From an uncultured Candidatus Saccharibacteria bacterium (GTDB lineage: Bacteria; Patescibacteriota; Saccharimonadia; Saccharimonadales; JAGQNJ01): a DNA stretch of 39,758 bases. Under the pieces are notes generated by a model, which saw only the letters and a list, made by a program, of their open reading frames with translations, was not told where the DNA came from and searched no databases. The position numbers were made by a program, and so were the translations under genes. Below, one piece after another: positions 8,199-15,076 of this stretch. The stretch covers positions 1 to 39,758 of the forward strand of contig CAZBSC010000001.1 of assembly GCA_964494845.1 (NCBI GenBank), in the 5' to 3' direction. The first letter of the stretch is position 1, and every line of letters starts with the position of its first letter.

Positions 8199-9449
8199 AT
8201 GCGCGAACAAGAAACCCAACATTATGTTGGTCTTGATATTGGTACAGCAACCGTTCGATGTGTTGTAGGTACTGCTGATCCTACGGATCCTACAAAGCCT
8301 GCGATTATTGGTCACGGTAGTTCGCCAAACCGTGGTATGCGCAAAGGCGTAATTGCGCACGTGGAAGATGTTGTAGAAGCTGTGAGCAAGGCAGTCAATG
8401 AAGCAGAACGTGTGTCTGGTTTCCCGGTTAAGACTGCTACAGTTAACATAAATGGACATCACGTTAGCGGGATTAACTCAAAGGGCGTTATTGCAATAAG
8501 TACAGCAAATAGGGAAATTACTCAAGAAGATAGGCTACGGGTGGAAGAAGCCGCTACAATTGTTAGCCTTCCACCCAACAGAGAAATTATTCAAGTTTTT
8601 GCAAAAAACTATAGAATTGATGGTCAGGATAACATTAAGGATCCTGTTGGTATGCATGGGGTTCGTTTAGAGGTGGATACGCATATAGTTACCGCCGCTA
8701 CCCCCAATGTTAATGCGGTGTACTCTGTTTTAGAGAAGACAAATATCAACCCCTCGCACAAAACTGTATCAAGTTTGGCTGCAGCCGAAGCTGTTTTGAC
8801 ACGTCAACAAAAAGAAGCAGGGACTTTATTGATAGATATAGGGGCGGGTACAACCAATATGGTTGTTATTGAAGACGGAGAAGTACAATATGTTGGTGTT
8901 TTGCCTGTAGGTGGTATACATTTAACGAACGATTTAGCTATTGGATTAAAAACCGATCTAGACGTTGCTGAAAAGGTTAAATTAGAACACGCTTTTTTAG
9001 GGACCCCAAGGACAAAAACTAGCACAGTAAAAATAAACTCAGGAAAAGATTCACACCTTTTTGCTACCGATGATATAGCCATGATTACCGAGGCCAGAAT
9101 GGATGAGGTATTCGAGTTGATAGAGAAGGAAATGAAGCGGATACACAAGTCCCGTAGGCTCCCAGGAGGTGTTGTTCTTGTAGGCGGAGTTGCTAAATTA
9201 CCAGGTATCGCCGAATTTGCGACCGATAAACTTCAGTTGGCGGCGCGAGTCGGAACTTTGAAATCTGTAGGCGGACTTGTAGATACCGTTAAAGACGTCA
9301 CATACATGACCTCTATTGGCCTGATGTTGCTTGATATGTTGTTGATGCCACAGAATAATATGGGCCATACTACGGGCACCCCCAATGATAAAGTATTTGG
9401 AGCTGTCGAGGGTATTTGGCAGCGAATCAAAAATAAAATATCGTCATAA
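8199..9449 (+). CDS. ftsA: cell division protein FtsA
   Basis: Actin-fold phosphate motifs VGLDIGTATVRCVV, LLIDIGAGTTNMVV and VVLVGGVAKLPG. C-terminal amphipathic helix FGAVEGIWQRIKNKI. Confidence 0.92.
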   Translation: MREQETQHYVGLDIGTATVRCVVGTADPTDPTKPAIIGHGSSPNRGMRKGVIAHVEDVVEAVSKAVNEAERVSGFPVKTATVNINGHHVSGINSKGVIAISTANREITQEDRLRVEEAATIVSLPPNREIIQVFAKNYRIDGQDNIKDPVGMHGVRLEVDTHIVTAATPNVNAVYSVLEKTNINPSHKTVSSLAAAEAVLTRQQKEAGTLLIDIGAGTTNMVVIEDGEVQYVGVLPVGGIHLTNDLAIGLKTDLDVAEKVKLEHAFLGTPRTKTSTVKINSGKDSHLFATDDIAMITEARMDEVFELIEKEMKRIHKSRRLPGGVVLVGGVAKLPGIAEFATDKLQLAARVGTLKSVGGLVDTVKDVTYMTSIGLMLLDMLLMPQNNMGHTTGTPNDKVFGAVEGIWQRIKNKISS

Positions 9450-9455
9450 GTGCGA

Positions 9456-9500
9456 AATACTTACTAAAAATGTGTTCAGTAAAAAGTATTGTGTTTTTTT
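9456..9500 (+). terminator. weak AU-rich intrinsic terminator candidate after ftsA
   Basis: AATACTT..ACT (9456-9465) pairs with AGT..AAGTATT (9478-9490), giving 7+3 bp with a 3-nt bulge. It is followed by GTG and T7 (9494-9500). Confidence 0.3.
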
Positions 9501-9508
9501 ATGATACA

Positions 9509-9537
9509 TTGCAGTTGTTCAACACCTAGCGTATACT
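9509..9537 (+). promoter_or_regulatory. sigma70-like promoter candidate for ftsZ
   Basis: TTGCAG (9509-9514), 17-nt spacer, TATACT (9532-9537). Confidence 0.4.
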
Positions 9538-9577
9538 TTCACCAGTATTATTTGACGCATATAAGAGGAGTAATTTG

Positions 9578-10906
9578 ATGCCACAAGTCGCACCAGCAGT
9601 AGAAACATTCGCATCTATTAAGGTAGTAGGGGTTGGGGGCGCCGGTGGCGCTGCAATTAACCGGATGATTGATTCTGGGGTTGATGGTGTTGAATTCATA
9701 GCTATTAATACTGATTCGCAAGCTCTGCATCATTCAAAAGCACAGAAAAAGTTACACATTGGCAAGGAAGAGACCAAAGGACTAGGCGCGGGTGCAAACC
9801 CAAGCACTGGGCAGAAGGCTGCCAAAGAGTCTATCGAAGAGATTAGGGATGCTTTGCAAGGGGCGGACATGGTATTCGTGACTATTGGTGCAGGTGGTGG
9901 TACAGGTAGCGGGGCTGGCCATGTTGTAGCCCAAGTAGCGAAAGATTCAGGAGCACTTGTTGTAGGATTCGCTACAAAGCCGTTTGCGTTTGAGGGTGAG
10001 AAACGAAGGTTGAACGCAGAAGTAGCCATAAATAACTTGCGCGAAACAGTCGACACCTTGATAACAATTCCTAACGATAGGTTATTGCAGACTATTGATC
10101 GTCAAACTCCACTACTTGAAGCATTTAAGGTGGCCGATGATGTACTAAGGCAGGGCGTTCAGGGAATTTCTGACCTGATAACTGTTCATGGTCTTATAAA
10201 TTTGGACTTTGCTGATGTAAAAACAATTATGAGTGATGCTGGCTCCGCTTTAATGGGTATAGGGCGAGCTAGTGGTGATGATAGGGCAGTCAAAGCTGCT
10301 CAACAGGCAATCGAGTCTCCACTACTAGAGGTGTCTATAGACGGGGCCCGTGGAATTTTGTTCAACGTTATCGGCGGCAACGATATGAGCATGCACGAAA
10401 TCAATACCGCCGCTGAGACAATTACCGCGGCAGCAGACCCAAGTGCAAATATAATTTTTGGTGCCACTATAAACCCAGAATTAGAGGGCGAAGTGATAAT
10501 AACTGTGGTTGCTACAGGTTTTGACGTGTCTTATTTTAATCAATCAACTAAGGCTTCGGCAACAACGACTAAAGACGACGATTCTGATGATGATGGCGGG
10601 CAAGACTCCAGGGTAACAACCCCTGGTGAAGTTATGCACCCTGATATGAACGATATGGACATGGATCTTGACAACGATAGTAGTAACCATCCGGATGGTG
10701 ATGCCCACGATTTTCATAGCGACACGCCAATGCCCAACATTTGGGCAATAGACCACGAAGAAGATGAAGGTGGGGCAAAAGATGACACTCAACAGGATGG
10801 AGAAAAGCGAACAGATGAGGAGGCTGAGTTAGAAAAGCCTTCATTCCTGCGAAGATTAAAAAAACGTCGTGATAAAAACCTATCAGATGACAACTCTGAT
10901 AAATAG
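9578..10906 (+). CDS. ftsZ: cell division GTPase FtsZ with a long acidic C-terminal linker
   Basis: [13 protein letters not shown] and the tubulin signature GGGTGSGAG. The ATG at 9578 sits 7 nt after GAGGAG. The conserved C-terminal peptide PSFLRRL is present. Confidence 0.95.
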   Translation: MPQVAPAVETFASIKVVGVGGAGGAAINRMIDSGVDGVEFIAINTDSQALHHSKAQKKLHIGKEETKGLGAGANPSTGQKAAKESIEEIRDALQGADMVFVTIGAGGGTGSGAGHVVAQVAKDSGALVVGFATKPFAFEGEKRRLNAEVAINNLRETVDTLITIPNDRLLQTIDRQTPLLEAFKVADDVLRQGVQGISDLITVHGLINLDFADVKTIMSDAGSALMGIGRASGDDRAVKAAQQAIESPLLEVSIDGARGILFNVIGGNDMSMHEINTAAETITAAADPSANIIFGATINPELEGEVIITVVATGFDVSYFNQSTKASATTTKDDDSDDDGGQDSRVTTPGEVMHPDMNDMDMDLDNDSSNHPDGDAHDFHSDTPMPNIWAIDHEEDEGGAKDDTQQDGEKRTDEEAELEKPSFLRRLKKRRDKNLSDDNSDK

Positions 10907-11047
10907 AACACAACGTAATAAATAATACAGCACAATTTGTTTGATAAAGCGCTAGGTATGGGGGTATTCTTATATATACGAGCACCATATGTAGTAAAAA
11001 TATGGGGTTATCAGTACATTTAAGCTGAACAAAGGAGGTATGCAGGA

Positions 11048-11521
11048 ATGAAATGTAGCCAATGCGCCTCTACTGAAACAAAAGTTATTGAGTCTAGGGA
11101 CGTAACTAATGGTGAGTCGATTCGCAGGCGGCGGGAATGCACTGCTTGTCACCATAGGTTTACGACTTATGAGCGGGTAGAAAGACCTACTCTAGTTGTT
11201 ATTAAAAACAACGGCACGCGAGAATTATTTAGTCGCGAGAAACTCATGGGCGGTCTTTACAGGGCTTGCGAGAAGACCACAATCACTACGTTACAGATAG
11301 AGCAACTTGTTTCGGACGTTGAGAAGCAACTGTTTGAGTGTGAAGATGCAGAAGTATCTAGTTCTAAGATTGGCGATCTGGTTATGAAAGGACTTGCAGA
11401 GCTCAATGAAGTCGCATATGTCCGTTTTGCGAGTGTATATCGCAGGTTTAAGGATATTGCAGGTTTTGAAAAAGAACTTTCACAAATAAAAAATCTAAAA
11501 ATAGAGCAGACCAAAAAATAA
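11048..11521 (+). CDS. nrdR: transcriptional repressor NrdR
   Basis: 157 aa. N-terminal zinc ribbon CSQC...CTAC, followed by an ATP-cone. AAGGAGG lies 9 nt upstream. Confidence 0.93.
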   Translation: MKCSQCASTETKVIESRDVTNGESIRRRRECTACHHRFTTYERVERPTLVVIKNNGTRELFSREKLMGGLYRACEKTTITTLQIEQLVSDVEKQLFECEDAEVSSSKIGDLVMKGLAELNEVAYVRFASVYRRFKDIAGFEKELSQIKNLKIEQTKK

Positions 11522-11526
11522 ATTTT

Positions 11527-11582
11527 GGGGCTGCCTCAAGTTTTTCGGCCATGAAGCGTAAAGACTTGAGGGAGCTGTCCCC
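11527..11582 (+). promoter_or_regulatory. GC-rich bipartite hairpin between nrdR and nrdJ (terminator or attenuator candidate)
   Basis: CCTCAAGT (11534-41) pairs with ACTTGAGG (11564-71), and GGGG (11527-30) with CCCC (11579-82). The hairpin is followed by TGTTTG. Confidence 0.35.
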
Positions 11583-11650
11583 TGTTTGGGAGCGGGAGAA
11601 CTCTAAATAAAAACAAACTAAAATATATTAAAAAAAGTGAGGGTAAAATA

Positions 11651-14428
11651 ATGGGACAAACAACCAGCTTAGGTGTTGGCAGGGTATTTACTCAGCCAAA
11701 AAAAAGAGCATACGACATGCTAAATTGGGTCAAAAGAGACTCGTCAATTATCAATCCAATGACTGGCAAAGCAGTTTTCGAGCAAAAGGGAGTTGAGTTC
11801 CCGGAGTCTTGGTCATTGAACTCCATAAATATAGTTGCCCAGAAGTATTTTACAGGCACACCGGGTACTAGTGAGCGCGAGGATTCACTAAAGAAATTAA
11901 TAGATAGAGTGGCAGACACAATTACCCGTCAGGGTTTGCAAGAGGATTACTTTGAAAGCGAGTCCGAGTCAGAAATTTTTAGAGAAGAGCTAAAGTACAT
12001 ACTCGCAACACAACGTGCAGCATTTAACTCCCCTGTGTGGTTCAACATTGGTGCACCAAGCCGCTCCCAGCAAGCTAGCGCTTGTTTCATATTAGGTATT
12101 GAAGATACGATGCCAGCAATTTTGAACTGGTACAAAGAAGAGGGGATGATATTCAAGGGTGGTTCTGGATCGGGCATCAACCTTAGTAATATTCGTTCGT
12201 CAGTTGAAAAACTTGGCAAAAGTGCCGGAACGGCTAGTGGCCCATTGAGCTTTATGCGCGGTGCCGACGCATCAGCGGGAGCAATTAAGAGTGGCGGTAA
12301 GACCAGGCGAGCTGCCAAGATGGTTATACTAAACGCTGATCACCCAGACATTGAAGATTTCATCTGGTGTAAAGCTCGCGAGGAGCGAAAAGCTCGAGTT
12401 TTAGAGGCTAACGGATTTGACATGAGCCTTGATGGGAAAGATTCGTACTCTGTTCAGTATCAGAACGCCAATAACTCAGTAAGAGTTACTGATGAGTTTA
12501 TGCAAGCAGTTGTTGACGATGAAGACTGGTCATTGAAGGAAGTTAAAACCGGCAAAATAGTTAAAACAATGAAGGCACGTGACCTATATAGGCAGTTTAG
12601 CGAAGCAGCATGGGAATGTGCTGACCCTGGAATGCAGTTTGATACAACCGTCAACAAATGGCACACAACACCAGTTGCAGGCCGAATTAATGGCTCTAAT
12701 CCATGCAGTGAATACATGCACCTCGATAACTCTGCCTGTAATCTGGCCTCTATAAATCTACTTAGATTTTTGAATGAAGATGGAAGTTTTGATTTTAAAG
12801 CTTTCATTCATACGGTTGAAGTAATTTTTACAGCCCAAGAGATATTAGTTGGTTACTCTGAGTATCCAACCGAAAGCATAACAAAAAATGCCAAGGCTTA
12901 CCGTGAGCTGGGTCTAGGGTATGCTAACCTTGGAGCTCTTCTAATGGCTCAAGGTTTGCCTTATGATTCAGACGAAGGTAGAGCGCAAGCAGCAGCCATT
13001 ACGGCGCTTATGACTGGCCGTGCGTACGCGACAAGTGCAAAGATTGCTCGTAGGGTTGGACCGTTTAGCGGGTTTCACAAGGACCGAGAAGGAACTCTAA
13101 AGGTTCTTAGAATGCATAGAGACGAGGTATCAAAGATAAATGTAGGGCTGGTATCAGAGGAACTACTTAGTGCTGCAGCACATGCTTGGGACGATGCTGT
13201 AGAATTGGCGGAATTGTACGGAGTTAGAAACTCACAAGCTAGTGTTTTGGCGCCAACGGGCACAATAGGACTGATGATGGATTGTGACACAACCGGAATC
13301 GAGCCAGATCTAGGCTTAGTAAAAGTTAAGAAGTTGGTCGGTGGCGGCACAATGCATATAGTGAACCAGACAGTGCCCCGTGCTCTTCGTTCACTTGGCT
13401 ATAACAAGAAACAAATCGACGCCATAATCAGCTATATCGACGTAGAAAAAACGATTATTGGAGCGCCCGAACTAAAACAGGAACATTTGAATGTATTCGC
13501 CTGTGCTATGGGTGACAATTCTATTCACTACATGGGCCATGTAAAGATGATGGGTGCGGTTCAGCCTTTCCTATCTGGGGCTATTAGTAAAACAGTCAAT
13601 ATGCCAGAAGAAGCAACCGTTGAAGATATAGAACAACTGCACATAGAGTCCTGGAAACTTGGGCTAAAAGCTGTAGCGATATATAGAGACAACTGTAAGG
13701 TTGCTCAGCCTCTTGCAATGGCTAAAAAAGCCGGAGCAACAGACGATAAAACTACACAGCAGCCTAGTTCGCTGCAGGATATATCGGACAAGATTCTTGT
13801 CAAAAGTGCTGTTCGCAGGCCACTACCTAGAGTCCGAAACTCAAAGACATTCTCGTTCAAAGTCGCTGACTCTAAGGGGTACGTAACTATAGGCGAATAC
13901 GAAGACGGAAGCGCTGGGGAAATGTTCATTAACTTTTCTAAACACGGCTCGACTCTAAGGGGCATGATGGATGCCTTCGCAATATCTGTAAGTCATGGCT
14001 TGCAATATGGTGTACCGCTAAAGACCTATGTTAGTGCCTGTATGAGCACCAGCTTTGCACCTTCTGGTATTACTGATGACCCAGAAATACGCACCGCAAG
14101 TTCGATTACGGACTATATTTTCCGAAAGCTAGGCAAAACGTATCTTTCATTTGACGATCAGTTAGAGTTAGGACTCGCATCCATAGATGATATGCCAGAA
14201 GATCAAACTAGCTTCCTAACAGCGGACGAAACAATAGAGGAGTCCCCTAAAGAAGTGACCAGGGAAATGCCAAAGCAAGCAGTCATGGAAGAAAAAGTAA
14301 AAACAACAACAAAAGCTGCCAAAAATGACGAGACAGCCCCCATGTGTTTTAACTGTGGCAATCAAACTCAGCGGTCCGGCAGTTGTTACGTATGCACTGC
14401 CTGCGGATCAACTACTGGCTGTTCCTAG
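11651..14428 (+). CDS. nrdJ: adenosylcobalamin-dependent (class II) ribonucleotide reductase
   Basis: 925 aa. Active-site loop SNPCSEYMHLDNSACNLASINL. C-terminal Cys-rich tail CFNCGN...CYVCTACG, as in many class II RNRs. Lies next to nrdR. Confidence 0.92.
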   Translation: MGQTTSLGVGRVFTQPKKRAYDMLNWVKRDSSIINPMTGKAVFEQKGVEFPESWSLNSINIVAQKYFTGTPGTSEREDSLKKLIDRVADTITRQGLQEDYFESESESEIFREELKYILATQRAAFNSPVWFNIGAPSRSQQASACFILGIEDTMPAILNWYKEEGMIFKGGSGSGINLSNIRSSVEKLGKSAGTASGPLSFMRGADASAGAIKSGGKTRRAAKMVILNADHPDIEDFIWCKAREERKARVLEANGFDMSLDGKDSYSVQYQNANNSVRVTDEFMQAVVDDEDWSLKEVKTGKIVKTMKARDLYRQFSEAAWECADPGMQFDTTVNKWHTTPVAGRINGSNPCSEYMHLDNSACNLASINLLRFLNEDGSFDFKAFIHTVEVIFTAQEILVGYSEYPTESITKNAKAYRELGLGYANLGALLMAQGLPYDSDEGRAQAAAITALMTGRAYATSAKIARRVGPFSGFHKDREGTLKVLRMHRDEVSKINVGLVSEELLSAAAHAWDDAVELAELYGVRNSQASVLAPTGTIGLMMDCDTTGIEPDLGLVKVKKLVGGGTMHIVNQTVPRALRSLGYNKKQIDAIISYIDVEKTIIGAPELKQEHLNVFACAMGDNSIHYMGHVKMMGAVQPFLSGAISKTVNMPEEATVEDIEQLHIESWKLGLKAVAIYRDNCKVAQPLAMAKKAGATDDKTTQQPSSLQDISDKILVKSAVRRPLPRVRNSKTFSFKVADSKGYVTIGEYEDGSAGEMFINFSKHGSTLRGMMDAFAISVSHGLQYGVPLKTYVSACMSTSFAPSGITDDPEIRTASSITDYIFRKLGKTYLSFDDQLELGLASIDDMPEDQTSFLTADETIEESPKEVTREMPKQAVMEEKVKTTTKAAKNDETAPMCFNCGNQTQRSGSCYVCTACGSTTGCS

Positions 14429-14437
14429 AAAAACATA

Positions 14438-14483
14438 GGCGGCAGACTGCATTGTTGCGGCCGTACCGCACACCCTGCCTGCC
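14438..14483 (+). other. GC-rich nested hairpin 3' of nrdJ
   Basis: GGCGGCAG (14438-45) pairs with CTGCC-T-GCC (14475-83). An inner stem TGCGG (14456-60) / CCGCA (14466-70) sits inside. No U-tract follows. Confidence 0.3.
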
Positions 14484-14534
14484 TATATGTCCCTAAGTCT
14501 CACAAGACCTAGTTAATTGTGGTAACCTATAGGC

Positions 14535-14801
14535 ATGAAAGTGGCTGTGCTTTACCGGGAAAAATCAGAACACAGACGTGTGGTTGAGGAGTTTGTGCAC
14601 GAGTTCGAAAGAAGAACATCTGGGCAATTAGAGCTAATCGATATTGACACCAAACAAGGCGCTAATATGGCAGAACTATATGACATAACAGAGTACCCCG
14701 CGGTGCTAGCAACAGCAGACGATGGATCTATGCAAAACATGTGGGTAGGGGAGCCATTGCCGCTGATTAACGAGGTGGCGGCTTACTTAGTAGAACGCTA
14801 G
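14535..14801 (+). CDS. thioredoxin/glutaredoxin-fold protein lacking any cysteine
   Basis: 88 aa. The pattern is b1 KVAVLY, helix RRVVEEFVHEF, b2 LELIDID, helix, then EYPAVL (cis-Pro position), b4, and a C-terminal helix. KSEH occupies the position where CxxC would sit. Confidence 0.5.
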   Translation: MKVAVLYREKSEHRRVVEEFVHEFERRTSGQLELIDIDTKQGANMAELYDITEYPAVLATADDGSMQNMWVGEPLPLINEVAAYLVER

Positions 14802-14854
14802 TAATTTGTAGAGGGCCATGGCTAACAGATAGATATGGACTGGCTGGCATAAAT

Positions 14855-15053
14855 GCGCTATAGTTTTAGCTAATCCGTTAGTAGCAGCTATCAACTGTGA
14901 GGAGTGGGAAGAACGATCTGACTGGTCAATTAGAACCCACCGGGTAAGCCCGTTATAGCAGATAATCGAGCGCTTTTAAGGAATCACCTTGAAGGAATCT
15001 GGATGGTACCTCCCTATTAGGGATCCAGACAAATCCTTTCGAGGTGATTTTTA
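14855..15053 (+). promoter_or_regulatory. T-box leader (Ile specifier) controlling ileS
   Basis: Antiterminator: CTGGA, bulge TGGTACC, TCCC, loop TATTA, GGGATCCAG (14999-15028). Competing helix ACCTC (15008-12) / GAGGT (15041-45), followed by T5. A Stem-I-sized element is closed by GCGCT (14855-59) / AGCGC (14969-73), with ATC-G (14965-68) immediately above the closing helix. Confidence 0.65.
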
Positions 15054-15076
15054 TATATCTAAGGAGAAAGAGTCGA

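Noticed and set aside
7941-8462. 173-aa minus-strand ORF spanning the map 3' end, the intergenic region and the ftsA 5' end
   Set aside because: It overlaps two confidently identified genes and their promoter region. The sequence is Cys/Asn/Thr-rich with no recognisable domain.
11522-11650. Possible cobalamin riboswitch in front of the B12-dependent RNR
   Set aside because: The region is only about 130 nt and I see no B12-box-like core. Known cobalamin riboswitches repress B12-independent enzymes, not nrdJ. I interpret it as a simple hairpin instead.
11651-14428. Intein inside the 925-aa class II RNR
   Set aside because: The length is normal for zinc-finger-tailed NrdJ. Conserved RNR segments are continuous, and I see no intein block A/B or terminal HN-Cys/Ser/Thr signatures.
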